Below, piece after piece: positions 52,370 through 63,133 of a DNA stretch of 64,000 nt. Made by a program: the position numbers and the translations under genes. Each line of letters starts with the position of its first letter. The stretch's first letter is position 1. Where the stretch lies: contig OZ242184.1 in assembly GCA_965205855.1 (NCBI GenBank), positions 896,001 through 960,000 of the forward strand. The letters are read 5' to 3'. This stretch comes from Thermodesulfobacteriota bacterium. Its GTDB lineage: Bacteria > Desulfobacterota_D > UBA1144 > Nemesobacterales > Mycalebacteriaceae. The notes under the pieces were generated by a model, which had not been told where the DNA came from, searched no databases, and saw only the letters and a program-made list of their open reading frames with translations.

Positions 52370-53476
52370 ATGACAACAAGGAAAATAAATTCACTCACTC
52401 TTACTGCGTTCTTTTTTATGGTTTCGGCGTTTTGGATTGCGGATGCGCACGCTTTGTCGCGCATCGGCATTTTCGGCGGGCGGCAAAGCACGGACATCAC
52501 CGTTGAAAGCTTCAAATGGCAGTCTGGCGGAATCGGCAGAAAAGCGGTTTTTTCGGAAGTAACGCTCCGCAACAACAGCAATCTGGACTATTCCTCGGTC
52601 ACATTGAGAGCCCGGCTTCTGGTATCGGGAAAGTCAAGAGGCGGCGTTCGGGGCAAACTGAACACCGCTTTGAAAGCCTGGGAGATGAAAACATTCAAAA
52701 ATGTGCGTCTCGGAAGAATGAACTTCAATGCGGACTCCGTCTCGCTTGAGGTTGTCGGCGCAACTCTCGCGTCAGAGGACGGAAAACGGCGAAACCCTCT
52801 CAAAATAACGGATTGGGAATGGAAAAGCGGAGGGCAACAGATGGGAAGCGGAACAATTGAAAAAATTGTCATAAAAAACCCGTCAAATACTCCGTACGGG
52901 AAAGTGCGCATTCTCATAGTTCAGAAAAGAGCGGGAAAAAGACTTCAGGCTTATCCGGTAACGATAAATAAAATCGCCCGACCCGGCACGGAGACGGTTT
53001 ATGAAAACGTGAATCCAGGATTTATCCACCCTTCGGCCGACGAGATTGAAGTCTCCATCGTCTCCGCATATCCGGTCTCGGAAAAACAGATAGCTTTGAT
53101 GAGCGAAAGAGCCGGAGAGAAAAACACAAAGGCCGTAAAGTTCGGTGGCAAAGCCAAGGCCGTTCCGGGTTACGATATTGTGGTAAGAGAATTCGAATGG
53201 GGAAGCGGAGTCGCCGGTTCGCTGGGGGTTGTCAAATCTCTTGTCTTGACAAATAGAAGCGCTGTCCGATATGCGGAAGTTTCCATGGCGGTGGAGTTTC
53301 TCTCAAGAAAAGGAACGGTTGTTAACACAAAAGTTTTCAAGATAAAAAAACCACCGACACCCGGAGAAACCGTCACTTTCAAAAACTTGAAATTGGGAAT
53401 TCTAAATTACTCTCCAGAAAAAAGACTGATGAGAATATATGTTAAAGGTGGCAAGAACACAGACTTGGAACAATAA
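52370..53476 (+). CDS. exported protein with three tandem Ig-like (FxLYD-like) repeats
   Basis: signal peptide ADA-HA; three ~115-aa units with W.SG...N.S...Y..V...PG....F.N...G pattern. Confidence 0.75.
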   Translation: MTTRKINSLTLTAFFFMVSAFWIADAHALSRIGIFGGRQSTDITVESFKWQSGGIGRKAVFSEVTLRNNSNLDYSSVTLRARLLVSGKSRGGVRGKLNTALKAWEMKTFKNVRLGRMNFNADSVSLEVVGATLASEDGKRRNPLKITDWEWKSGGQQMGSGTIEKIVIKNPSNTPYGKVRILIVQKRAGKRLQAYPVTINKIARPGTETVYENVNPGFIHPSADEIEVSIVSAYPVSEKQIALMSERAGEKNTKAVKFGGKAKAVPGYDIVVREFEWGSGVAGSLGVVKSLVLTNRSAVRYAEVSMAVEFLSRKGTVVNTKVFKIKKPPTPGETVTFKNLKLGILNYSPEKRLMRIYVKGGKNTDLEQ

Positions 53477-53479
53477 AAA

Positions 53480-53698
53480 TCAGTCCGTTACAAGAGATGC
53501 CTTTTTCATAATATCCGCTAAGCTTTCGCTAAACGATTGAGCCCCGCTGAGAGGAATCACTATGCATGAACGACCGCCGCTCACTTCGGTTATGCGTACA
53601 TATTTTCCCTTATGGTTTTCTTTCAAGTCAAAAAAGAACTTTTTCTGTTCTATGTTAATCTGTTTACTGATATGGTCTTTTTCAAAATTTCCGCTCAT
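53480..53698 (-). CDS. PUR-alpha family ssDNA/RNA-binding protein
   Basis: IEQKKFFFDLKENHKGKYVRITEVSGGRSCIVIP matches a single PUR repeat. Confidence 0.88.
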   Translation of the reverse strand: MSGNFEKDHISKQINIEQKKFFFDLKENHKGKYVRITEVSGGRSCIVIPLSGAQSFSESLADIMKKASLVTD

Positions 53699-53808
53699 TG
53701 TTCACTCCCGCTAATTAAGACACTCTGACAGAAATTCTATACTACAAGCAAGCGGAGAAAAATCAAACCGGCTTGGCAGCCGCGGAAAATGAATTTATAT
53801 TGCCATAT

Positions 53809-54255
53809 ATGGCGAAAATTAAGATAGAAATGCCGGATTTTTTTCTGTTTTCCACCGATATTACCGTAAGAATAAACGACATCAACTATGGAATGCACGT
53901 TGGGCATGACTCATTTCTTACAATAACCCATGAAGCACGGGTCAGGTTTCTGAGAAGTCTCGGAGCGACCGAAGGCGATGTGTTTGGAAAAGGAATAGTG
54001 TTGTCTCACGCGGCCCTTTCATACACAAACGAGTCTTTCTACGGAGATGTGATAACGGTCAAAATAGGAGCCGGAGAGTTTAGTAAATACGGGCTGGAGC
54101 TTTTCTATCTGCTTTCCGAAAATACGCGCGAGACAGAGATAGGCAGAGTGCGAACCGGAATTGTCTTCTTTGACTACAAGAAACGGAAAGTGGCGCGCGT
54201 GCCGGCGAAATTCGCGCAAATGATTTCCAGTATCCGCGCGGCCGCGGACATTTGA
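53809..54255 (+). CDS. hotdog-fold acyl-CoA thioesterase
   Basis: VRINDINYGMHVGHD, HEARVRFL, TGIVFFDY. Confidence 0.9.
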   Translation: MAKIKIEMPDFFLFSTDITVRINDINYGMHVGHDSFLTITHEARVRFLRSLGATEGDVFGKGIVLSHAALSYTNESFYGDVITVKIGAGEFSKYGLELFYLLSENTRETEIGRVRTGIVFFDYKKRKVARVPAKFAQMISSIRAAADI

Positions 54256-54258
54256 CGC

Positions 54259-55833
54259 CTATTTGCCATTCGGGTAATCAACCCTGAACGCAATAAACAG
54301 GTTGCCACCCCTTCTCCGGACAAGAAACCGCACCGGCTTGTTTTTATCAATGTCTTTTATCTTTGCGTTGTAATGGTCTACGGATTTTATCTCATCACCG
54401 TTCACCTTAAGCACAATATCCCCACGACGAACACCGGCATCCCACGCGGGACTGTCTCCGCGCACGTTGACCACAACAACACCGGAGCGCGAATCCAGAG
54501 CGTAACGTTCCGCAAGACCCTGAGTAACCTGAGCAACCCGTATTCCGGTTGAGGAAGATGGCTCTTGCTTTTGACGCTGTTGCCCAGTTTGCTTCTCTTC
54601 CCCAATCTCCATTCTGGCAATTTGAATTTCCAGAGTATTCTTCGCTCCGTTCCTGAAAACGACAACCTTGACCGGGGTGCCGGGTTTCAAGTCGGCGACT
54701 ATTCTCGGCAAATCGGAAGATTCTTTCACATTCCGCCCGTTGAACTTGAGTATCACATCTCCCTCTTTTATTCCGGCTTTTTGGGCGGGGCCGTCTTTGA
54801 AAACCTCGCTTATAAGAGCGCCCTCGGTCTTTTTGAGGCCAATGCCCAGCGCGAGATCTTCGGTCAATGCCTGTATTGAAACCCCTATCCATCCCCTCAC
54901 GACCGTTCCGTTTTCTTTCAACTGGCGGACGATTCCGGAAACCATGTCAATGGGAATGGAAAACCCTATTCCCTGCCCGCGCGAGGCGACCGCCGTATTT
55001 ACCGCGACTACAAGACCGTCCAGATTGAACAGAGGACCGCCGCTGTTGCCCGGATTGAGGGAAGCGTCTGTCTGTATGAAATCGTCATATGCCCCCATGC
55101 CGAGCAGTCTTCCCTTCGCGCTGACTATTCCAGCCGTTACCGTGTAACCGAAACCGAGCGGATTGCCTATTGCGATAACCCATTCGCCTATCCTCAGCTT
55201 CTCCGAACTTCCGAACCGGACGGGAACTATTTTCTCGCGCGGTTCTATTTTGATAAGGGCAATGTCCGTTTTCGGGTCCGAGCCGACAACGGACGCCTCG
55301 TATTTTGAGCCGTTTGAAAGAGTTACCTCTATTGTCTCCGCGCTCTTCACAACATGGTTGTTTGTTACGATATGTCCGGCGGTGTCAATAATGAAACCGG
55401 AGCCAAGTCCGCGGTTTTTGAATTCCCTCTCCGGCACCTGTTCGAAGAAACCCTTAAAAAACTGCTCAAATAAATCCCCTCTCCCTCCGAACGGAAATTG
55501 ACCGAAAGTCCCGACCCGCGAAACGGTTGTTGTGTTTATGTTCACAACGGACGGTTTGTGTTTTTCAACAAGTGCGACAAATGACGGAAAAACTTCTCGT
55601 ACAACAACCCTCTCCTCCGTTTTGGCTGCGGGCGGAGCGGATATTACGGATTTTTCCGCCACGGCGGGAGGTACAAACACAGACGCGGGCGGCTCGTCGG
55701 GTTTTCCAGCAGGCGGTTCAACAACGGCGCCGTCAGGAAAAACCGGCGAGGCAACAAAGGAAAAGCCCCGTGAAACGACAACGCCTACAACAACCAGTGT
55801 AAGAGCAATAAGAAGAACATTTGTTTTTTTCAT
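54259..55833 (-). CDS. degP: Do/DegP/DegQ family serine protease with two PDZ domains
   Basis: GSGFII, TNNHVV, DIAL, QTDASLNPGNSGGPL, 2x PDZ. Confidence 0.93.
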   Translation of the reverse strand: MKKTNVLLIALTLVVVGVVVSRGFSFVASPVFPDGAVVEPPAGKPDEPPASVFVPPAVAEKSVISAPPAAKTEERVVVREVFPSFVALVEKHKPSVVNINTTTVSRVGTFGQFPFGGRGDLFEQFFKGFFEQVPEREFKNRGLGSGFIIDTAGHIVTNNHVVKSAETIEVTLSNGSKYEASVVGSDPKTDIALIKIEPREKIVPVRFGSSEKLRIGEWVIAIGNPLGFGYTVTAGIVSAKGRLLGMGAYDDFIQTDASLNPGNSGGPLFNLDGLVVAVNTAVASRGQGIGFSIPIDMVSGIVRQLKENGTVVRGWIGVSIQALTEDLALGIGLKKTEGALISEVFKDGPAQKAGIKEGDVILKFNGRNVKESSDLPRIVADLKPGTPVKVVVFRNGAKNTLEIQIARMEIGEEKQTGQQRQKQEPSSSTGIRVAQVTQGLAERYALDSRSGVVVVNVRGDSPAWDAGVRRGDIVLKVNGDEIKSVDHYNAKIKDIDKNKPVRFLVRRRGGNLFIAFRVDYPNGK

Positions 55834-56393
55834 TTTTTACGCTCCGATATTTTTATAACTCCTTTTGCAATAAGAATATCCGCAACTTTATCCGCAACCT
55901 CACGGGAAGAAAACCCGTCCGTTTCTATTGTAAAGCCCGCCGTTTTATAAAACCGCTCGCGAGCGGAAAAAAGCTCCGCCGCCTTTGAACACGGGTCTTC
56001 AACCTTGAGCAAAGGTCTCGGAGTATCGCCTGATATTCTCCGCATCAGTGTTTCCATTCTGGCCTTCAAGTATATAACAACTCCGCACTGTTCCATAGCC
56101 CTGCGGTTTGCGGTGGCGACCACGGCTCCGCCGCCGGTTGAAACAACTGCCGCTCCCGGTAAGGAGCAAATCTCGGCAAGCAATTCGGATTCAAGCCTGC
56201 GAAACTCCGGCTCTCCGAACGAGGAAATTATCTCCTCAATCCCGACGGAGTGCCGTTCGGCAAGCATAGAGTCCAAATCGTGGAACCTCATATTTAAAAT
56301 GCCAGAAAGAGACGAACCGACCGATGTTTTACCGGCTCCCATAAATCCTGTAAAAAAAACCTTCTCAGGAAGTTTTTCCACTGTCAAAATCAA
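55830..56393 (-). CDS. aroK: shikimate kinase
   Basis: GFMGAGKT, GEPEFRRLE, STGGG, RPLL. Confidence 0.96.
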   Translation of the reverse strand: MILTVEKLPEKVFFTGFMGAGKTSVGSSLSGILNMRFHDLDSMLAERHSVGIEEIISSFGEPEFRRLESELLAEICSLPGAAVVSTGGGAVVATANRRAMEQCGVVIYLKARMETLMRRISGDTPRPLLKVEDPCSKAAELFSARERFYKTAGFTIETDGFSSREVADKVADILIAKGVIKISERKK

Positions 56394-56970
56394 TCAACCT
56401 CTCAATATATTTTGCGACAATATCGCATTCAAAATTCACTTTGTCTCCCACAGAAAGCGATGAAAAAGTCGTATGCGAGAGAGTGTGAGGTATGATGTTG
56501 ACAGAGAACCCGTTTTCCCCCGCCTCATTCACGGTCAGGCTGACGCCGTCAAGGGTTATACAACCCTTGGGAGCAACATATTTCATAAATCCGTCCGGCA
56601 GTAAAAAATTGAATTCAATCGATTCTCCCTTCGTCACAGTTGACTCAACGGCCCCGACTCCGTCTATGTGTCCGGTGACTATGTGGCCTCCCACAAGTCC
56701 GTCCGGGGTTACAGACCTTTCAAGGTTCACAACCTTTCCGGGCTTGGCTTCAAGCATCTTCGTCCTTGAAAAGGTCTCACGGGACACTTGAATGAAAAAA
56801 GCATCTTTCCCAACCGAGACGACTGTGAGGCAAACGCCGTCTACGGAGACGCTTTCCCCTGTTTTCATGGACGTGGGATCAATCGCCGAGGGCTTGATTT
56901 CCACGGTGGCGTCGCCGCCGGAAATAATGGAGGTTATCACTCCGGTATCTTGAACTATCCCCGTGAACAC
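56365..56970 (-). CDS. ribE: riboflavin synthase (alpha chain)
   Basis: MFTGIV, GVCLTV, VNLER, GGHIVTGHIDG, DGVSLTVN. Confidence 0.97.
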   Translation of the reverse strand: MFTGIVQDTGVITSIISGGDATVEIKPSAIDPTSMKTGESVSVDGVCLTVVSVGKDAFFIQVSRETFSRTKMLEAKPGKVVNLERSVTPDGLVGGHIVTGHIDGVGAVESTVTKGESIEFNFLLPDGFMKYVAPKGCITLDGVSLTVNEAGENGFSVNIIPHTLSHTTFSSLSVGDKVNFECDIVAKYIERLIDFDSGKTS

Positions 56971-57443
56971 TTTCCGCTCCGATTGAGAAAATCCACCATA
57001 ATCCCGGCCGCTCCGACTGTTATAAAGAAATCCGCAATGTTAAATGCGGGCCAATGCAACGACTCATTTCCGAACCAGTGAAAATCAAGAAAATCGGTTA
57101 CATATCCGAACAAAAATCTGTCAATGGAATTCCCTATTGCCCCTCCGAGAATAAATGAGCCGAAAAGTGCCGCGCCGCCGCCGCGTCTCATAAAGACCGC
57201 GGCAAAAACGCAAGCCGCAACAAACGCGCCACTGTAAAGAAAAGTAAGGAAGATGCCATTTAAATCCCCGAGTATCCCAAATGCGATTCCCGTATTTCTG
57301 TAATGGACAATGTCAAAAAACGACAACACATTCAGCCCCGTTCCCGGAGCAATTGCCGCGGCAACCAGCATTTTTGAAACCCTATCGCATACAACAATCA
57401 AAAAAACAACCAGAAAAAATACCGGAGTTCTGTTAGAAATCAT
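56955..57443 (-). CDS. lspA: lipoprotein signal peptidase
   Basis: NTGIAFG, GGAIGNSIDR, VTDF, FNIAD. Confidence 0.96.
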   Translation of the reverse strand: MISNRTPVFFLVVFLIVVCDRVSKMLVAAAIAPGTGLNVLSFFDIVHYRNTGIAFGILGDLNGIFLTFLYSGAFVAACVFAAVFMRRGGGAALFGSFILGGAIGNSIDRFLFGYVTDFLDFHWFGNESLHWPAFNIADFFITVGAAGIMVDFLNRSGKCSRG

Positions 57444-58003
57444 TAAACCCCTTTTCCCGGTCTTTCATGAAAAAGACATACCGAGTTGACACAATAGCGT
57501 TTTCCGGCGGGCGGCGGCCCGTCGTCAAAAATATGTCCGAGATGGGCCCCGCACCTGCCGCACAATATCTCGGTTCTTGACATACCGAATGAACCATCGC
57601 TCTTGTATGCAACGGCGCCTTTCTTTATGGAACGGGTGAAGCTCGGCCATCCGGTGTGAGAATCGTATTTGTCCTCGGAAGAAAAAAGTTCAAGACCGCA
57701 ACTTGAGCACTTGTAAACTCCGTTTTTGTAAAAACTGTTGTATTTTCCTGTGTAAGGAAATTCTGTGCCCCCTCGCCTGCATATTCTGAAACGTTTTTTT
57801 GACAAAGCATCCCGCCAGTAAACGGTGTCTTTGGCCTTCCAGTCAACACTGTCAACGTCAACTCCGGCAAGATGGGAGGGGAACCCATCGTCCGAGCGCA
57901 CATCAAAAACCGCCGCGGAAAAAATCGACACAAGCGCGAGTGCAAGAAAAACCACACGCGGAAACGGCTTTGCCGGAGGTGAGGCCGAGGAAACGCCCAT
58001 CAA
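57443..58003 (-). CDS. msrB: peptide-methionine (R)-S-oxide reductase with N-terminal signal/TM
   Basis: GTEFPYTG, GWPSF, HLGHIFDDGP, RYCVNS. Confidence 0.95.
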   Translation of the reverse strand: MMGVSSASPPAKPFPRVVFLALALVSIFSAAVFDVRSDDGFPSHLAGVDVDSVDWKAKDTVYWRDALSKKRFRICRRGGTEFPYTGKYNSFYKNGVYKCSSCGLELFSSEDKYDSHTGWPSFTRSIKKGAVAYKSDGSFGMSRTEILCGRCGAHLGHIFDDGPPPAGKRYCVNSVCLFHERPGKGV

Positions 58004-58473
58004 TCTATTCCCATTACCACAAATTCCCTCACCCCGCCCGGAGCCATAACTTTCACTTCATCGTCAACTTCCTTGCCTACAAGGGCTTTTCCTATTGGGG
58101 AAGTTACGGAGATAAGACCTTTGTCCGGATCCGTTTCGTCGGGTCCGACAAGTTGATACTTCTTTGTGTCACCGGTCTCAGTATCCTCAATGGTAATCGT
58201 AAGACCGAAAACAACTTTGTCTTTTTTCATTATAAGTTTGGGGTCAATGATCTCCGCGAGTCCGAGTTTTGCTTCAATATCCTTGATTTTCCCCTCAACC
58301 ATTGACTGTTTGTTTTTTGCGGTTTCATACTCAGCGTTTTCGGATAAATCCCCGAGGGAACGCGCGTATTCAATCTGCTTTATAACATCCGGGCGCTCAA
58401 CATCCTTAAGGTGTGTCAACTCCCGTTTGAGTTTTTCATATCCTCCTGGTGTTATTGGTATTCTGTCGCTCAT
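58000..58473 (-). CDS. greA: transcription elongation factor GreA
   Basis: GDLSENAEY, ISVTSPIGKAL. Confidence 0.97.
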   Translation of the reverse strand: MSDRIPITPGGYEKLKRELTHLKDVERPDVIKQIEYARSLGDLSENAEYETAKNKQSMVEGKIKDIEAKLGLAEIIDPKLIMKKDKVVFGLTITIEDTETGDTKKYQLVGPDETDPDKGLISVTSPIGKALVGKEVDDEVKVMAPGGVREFVVMGID

Positions 58474-58497
58474 TGTTTAATCCTTCCGTAAAACAGT

Positions 58498-61400
58498 TTA
58501 TAGAATTGAACTCCAATTCTCAAAATCCTGTAGCGCGTTCACGGCAAGGCTCTCTCCCGATATTTCCTCTATGGCTCCGGCGGCGGCTTTCGCGCCCTCA
58601 ATGGTCGTAAAATACGGAACCGAACTCACAAGCGAAGTGCGCCTGATGGAAAAAGACTGAAGGACTTGTTCCTTTCCGCTGGTTGTGTTAATAACAAGCT
58701 GAACCCCGCCGTTTTTCAAAATGTCAACAATGTTGGGCCTTCCCTCCTTGACTTTTTTGACGGTTTCGCACAAAACCCCGCTTTGGAAGAGAAACCGCGC
58801 CGTTCCGGAGGTCGCGGCAATCTGAAACCCGACAGCGCTCAGACGACGGGCTATGTCAACGACGGTGTCGTTTTTATCTTCGTCCCTTACGCTTATAAAA
58901 GCGGTTCCCGAAACGGGAAGTGAATTGCCCGCAGCTATCTGGGACTTGGCAAAAGCCCTGTTCATATCGGCATCCATACCCATGACCTCTCCGGTTGATT
59001 TCATTTCGGGGCCGAGGATTGTGTCCACTCCGGGAAAACGTAGAAAAGGAAAAACCGACTCCTTCACGCAAAACATCTCTGGTTCAATCTCTTTTGTGAA
59101 CCCGATTTCCTCAAGATTCATTCCGGACATAATGTAAGTCGCCACCTTTGCAAGAGGCACGCCTATGGCTTTGCTGATAAAAGGAACCGTTCTGCTCGCC
59201 CTCGGGTTGACTTCAATGATAAAAACCTCTCCACCGCAAACGGCAAACTGCACATTGAGCAGTCCCAGAACCTTGAGTTCAAGTGCAAGCGCTTTTGTCT
59301 GGTCAATAATTTTGTCAACTGTCTCATTCTCTATCGAAACCGGAGGAGTTATCATCGCACTGTCGCCCGAATGGACTCCCGCCTCCTCTATGTGCTCCAT
59401 TACCGCACCGACCACAACCCTTTTGCCATCACAAACGGCGTCAACATCAACCTCACCGGAGTTCTTCATAAACTCGTCTATAAGTATCGGACGGTTTGGA
59501 GATACTGAAACCGCCTCTTTTATGTAGCGGACAAGGTCTTCCTCCTTGTAAACAATTTCCATCGCCCTGCCACCGAGAACATAAGAGGGGCGCACCACAA
59601 CCGGATACCCTATCTCACTGGCTTTGAGAGTCGCCTCGTCCGCGCTGTGCGCGATAGTGCCTCTGGGTTGCTTCAACCCGAGATTTGACACAAGCTTGTT
59701 GAATCTCTCCCTGTCCTCCGCAAGGTCTATGCTGTCAGGGGAAGTCCCCATTATTTTCACCCCGTGCTTTTCAAGCGGAATTGCAAGATTGAGCGGAGTC
59801 TGCCCACCGAAATTAACGATTACCCCTTCGGGTTTTTCCCTGTCAACTATTGAGAGCACGTCCTCAAGTGTAAGCGGCTCAAAATAAAGCCTGTCCGAAG
59901 TGTCGTAATCCGTGCTGACGGTTTCGGGGTTGCAGTTGACCATAATGGTCTCATACCCGCGCTCTTTGAGCGCGAACGCGGCATGGACGCAACAGTAGTC
60001 AAACTCTATGCCCTGCCCTATTCTGTTGGGCCCGCCTCCGAGAATAACAACTTTTTTAGAGTCCGTAACTGGCGCCTCGCTCTCGGTGTCATACGAGGAG
60101 TAGAGATAAGGCGTTTGGGACTCAAACTCCGCGGCGCATGTGTCCACCATCTTGTAGGAGGGAACTACTCCAAGCCTTTTGCGCTCTTGTCTTATTTCGT
60201 CCTCCGTTTTACCGGTAAAACTGGCTATGGCAAGGTCTGAAAATCCTTTTCTTTTCGCGTCTCTGAGAACTTCTTCGGGTGGAAACGACCCTTTGTGACT
60301 CCTGATGGCTTTTTCCTGCTCAACTATCTGAAATATATTGCGCAGAAACCACGGGTCTATGGAAGTGAGACGGTAGACTTCGTCCTCGTCCATGCTGCTT
60401 CGAAAAGCGTCCGCAACAAACCAGAGCCTGTCTGGCCCAGGGGTAGCAAGGTTCTGTTTTATACGCTCGGCGTCATCTGTTATATGATCAAAAAAAGGTC
60501 TGTCTGTCTCAAGAGACCGGACGGCTTTTTGCAACGATTCCTTGAAAGTTCTACCCATTGCCATTGCCTCGCCGACAGATTTCATCTGTGTGGTCAGGGA
60601 CGAGACCGTATTGGGAAATTTTTCAAATGCGAACCTCGGTATCTTGACGACAACATAGTCTATCGCAGGCTCAAATGAGGCGGGAGTGTGGCGGGTTATA
60701 TCATTTGAAATCTCATCAAGCGTGTATCCCACGGCGAGCTTCGCGGCAATTTTGGCAATGGGGAATCCTGTGGCTTTTGAAGCCAGAGCGGAGCTTCGCG
60801 AAACTCTGGGATTCATTTCAATCACAACAAAATCGCCGTTTTGCGGATTCACGCCAAACTGTATGTTAGAACCCCCGGTGTCCACCCCTATCTCCCTTAT
60901 TATTGCGACCGAAGCGTCCCGAAGACGCTGATATTCCTTGTCCGTAAGGGTCTGCGCCGGAGCGACCGTTATGCTGTCACCCGTGTGAACTCCCATAGGG
61001 TCAAGGTTCTCAATTGAGCATATGATAACGACGTTGTCTTTTATGTCTCTCATAACCTCAAGTTCAAACTCTTTCCATCCCAGAACCGACTGCTCAACCA
61101 GAATCTCTCTTATCGGACTGGAATCCAGCCCTGCCTCCGCGTAAAGAGCAAACTCTTCCTTATTGTAGGCAATGCTCCCACCGCTGCCGCCCAGAGTGAA
61201 TGAAGACCGTATAATCGCCGGAAAGCCTACTTCCTCAACCACTTTCCAGGCTTCTTCCATATTGTGGGCAAGACCGCTTTGGGGCAGCCTAAGCCCTATT
61301 TTCAACATGGCTTCCTTGAACAACTCTCGGCTTTCCGCCTTCTTTATCGCCTCCAAGCTGGCCCCTATCATGCGCACCCCGAATTTTTCAAGCGTCCCGT

Positions 61401-61713
61401 CCTCCGCGAGGCTGACGGCGGTGTTAAGTGCGGTTTGGCCTCCAAGAGTTGGCAAAAGAGCGTCAGGACGCTCTTTTTCTATAATTTTGGCAACCGTTGC
61501 GGGCTCTATGGGTTCAACATAAGTCCGGTCGGCAATCGAAGGGTCGGTCATAATCGTGGCAGGATTGCTATTTACAAGGATTGTCTTGTATCCGTCTTTC
61601 CTGAGCGCTTTGCACGCCTGAGTGCCAGAATAATCAAACTCACAAGCCTGCCCTATCACAATGGGGCCTGAGCCTATGATGAGAATGCTTTCAATATCTG
61701 TTCGCTTCGGCAT
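58498..61713 (-). CDS. carB: carbamoyl-phosphate synthase large subunit
   Basis: [24 protein letters not shown], duplicated ATP-grasp halves, C-terminal MGS domain. Confidence 0.99.
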   Translation of the reverse strand: MPKRTDIESILIIGSGPIVIGQACEFDYSGTQACKALRKDGYKTILVNSNPATIMTDPSIADRTYVEPIEPATVAKIIEKERPDALLPTLGGQTALNTAVSLAEDGTLEKFGVRMIGASLEAIKKAESRELFKEAMLKIGLRLPQSGLAHNMEEAWKVVEEVGFPAIIRSSFTLGGSGGSIAYNKEEFALYAEAGLDSSPIREILVEQSVLGWKEFELEVMRDIKDNVVIICSIENLDPMGVHTGDSITVAPAQTLTDKEYQRLRDASVAIIREIGVDTGGSNIQFGVNPQNGDFVVIEMNPRVSRSSALASKATGFPIAKIAAKLAVGYTLDEISNDITRHTPASFEPAIDYVVVKIPRFAFEKFPNTVSSLTTQMKSVGEAMAMGRTFKESLQKAVRSLETDRPFFDHITDDAERIKQNLATPGPDRLWFVADAFRSSMDEDEVYRLTSIDPWFLRNIFQIVEQEKAIRSHKGSFPPEEVLRDAKRKGFSDLAIASFTGKTEDEIRQERKRLGVVPSYKMVDTCAAEFESQTPYLYSSYDTESEAPVTDSKKVVILGGGPNRIGQGIEFDYCCVHAAFALKERGYETIMVNCNPETVSTDYDTSDRLYFEPLTLEDVLSIVDREKPEGVIVNFGGQTPLNLAIPLEKHGVKIMGTSPDSIDLAEDRERFNKLVSNLGLKQPRGTIAHSADEATLKASEIGYPVVVRPSYVLGGRAMEIVYKEEDLVRYIKEAVSVSPNRPILIDEFMKNSGEVDVDAVCDGKRVVVGAVMEHIEEAGVHSGDSAMITPPVSIENETVDKIIDQTKALALELKVLGLLNVQFAVCGGEVFIIEVNPRASRTVPFISKAIGVPLAKVATYIMSGMNLEEIGFTKEIEPEMFCVKESVFPFLRFPGVDTILGPEMKSTGEVMGMDADMNRAFAKSQIAAGNSLPVSGTAFISVRDEDKNDTVVDIARRLSAVGFQIAATSGTARFLFQSGVLCETVKKVKEGRPNIVDILKNGGVQLVINTTSGKEQVLQSFSIRRTSLVSSVPYFTTIEGAKAAAGAIEEISGESLAVNALQDFENWSSIL

Positions 61714-62045
61714 GGGAAATTCAGTCCAAGTTATACAACAAAATGCCCGACTGCAACCGCAAAGTCGAGAGACAAACCTGACAACTACACCCGTACCAGG
61801 CCTTAAATAATCAACAAAAAAGTTAACTTGGATACTTAACCAACAGAAAGCAATACTGAATATTTACAATGCTTCTCAAACTACTGGTATACTTGTATAA
61901 TTTTATACTACAAGAAAACTGTCAAATATATTTTGACAGCTTGAAAACCCGTTTGAACACTCATCGACGACAGGGGAAAATCCGTTCAAATACACGGTAT
62001 GAGAAAACTTCCTGAAACTCCGCCGCATCTACATATGGAGAGACT

Positions 62046-63110
62046 TCAGCAACATGAACCGCCAAGCTCCCGGTCAGAATCAGAAACGGGATTTCCGCAA
62101 TCGGAGAAAACTCCCAGGTGTGTGCTCGTATCACCGAAAAAATCAAAATACGGCGCGAACCGGGTTTTTTGAAGCATATGAAATGTGTTTGCGCAGACCA
62201 GCACAACCCTTCCTTTTTCAAAACTGTGTCCGGTGTCCAAATCAAAGAAAAAAGGAAAATCCGCGATTCCGCCCCTGTAACGCACGGCTTGCCCGTAGTC
62301 TTCACAGCAATCCTCAAGTTCGGGAATTTTGAAAAGACGGTATGTTACAGAATCAAACTTTGCGCTACCGACAAGCAAGGCAATTTCTGTGTTTTGAATT
62401 ATTATGGGTTCTGACCGCACAACTCTGCAGTCGGAAAAGCCCGTTGCGGCCGCTATTCTGCGAAAATCCCCGCCGTACAGAGCCCCTCCGAGACATTCCC
62501 CGTAGAGAAGAGGGTTTTCCGCCACATCTCGGGCAATGCGTCTATCGCAATAGACATCGCTGAAATAGAATTCTCCACCGGGTTTCAAAGCCCTGTAAAC
62601 CCCCTTGAGAACAGACTTTTTGTCGGGAGAAAGATTTACAACACAGTTTGAAACCACAATGTCAAACTCGCCTTCGGAAATTCCGGCGTCTTCAAGAAGC
62701 TCAATATATCCCTTTCTGAAATCTACATTCGGTTTTTTATAGCCAAAAAGAGAGGTGTGATAGTTAATGTGGCGGCTTGCAATTTCAATCTGCTCATCGG
62801 TCATGTCAACTCCCACAACACAGCCGCTGTCTCCGACAAGTTTGGAAAGAACAAAAACGTCCCGTCCCGAACCGGAGCCGAGGTCAAGAATTTTCATCCC
62901 CTCAAGCAACGGAGGAATAACCGAGCCGCAACCGTAGTATCTGGAGGTTACTTCCTTGTGAAGAAGGGAAACAATATCGGCCACGGAGCCGCTTGGAGGT
63001 TCGGCACAACAAGCATTGGTACTCAAATCCGAGGAAGACTTAAGTGTGCGACCGTAGTACTCTTTTACAACTTCGCGAAGGTTGTCCCCGCTTTTAAAAA
63101 CCGTTTTCAT
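62046..63110 (-). CDS. arsM: arsenite methyltransferase (ArsM/AS3MT-like)
   Basis: TNACC, YYGCG, LDLGSGSGRD, SNCVVNL, LYGECLGGALY, C-terminal CC. Confidence 0.82.
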   Translation of the reverse strand: MKTVFKSGDNLREVVKEYYGRTLKSSSDLSTNACCAEPPSGSVADIVSLLHKEVTSRYYGCGSVIPPLLEGMKILDLGSGSGRDVFVLSKLVGDSGCVVGVDMTDEQIEIASRHINYHTSLFGYKKPNVDFRKGYIELLEDAGISEGEFDIVVSNCVVNLSPDKKSVLKGVYRALKPGGEFYFSDVYCDRRIARDVAENPLLYGECLGGALYGGDFRRIAAATGFSDCRVVRSEPIIIQNTEIALLVGSAKFDSVTYRLFKIPELEDCCEDYGQAVRYRGGIADFPFFFDLDTGHSFEKGRVVLVCANTFHMLQKTRFAPYFDFFGDTSTHLGVFSDCGNPVSDSDRELGGSCC

Positions 63111-63133
63111 TGTGAGTTGACTCTGGGCAAACC

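Noticed and set aside
61714-62045. Replication origin or dif site
   Set aside because: AT-rich, but no clear TTATCCACA DnaA boxes or dif consensus were found by eye.
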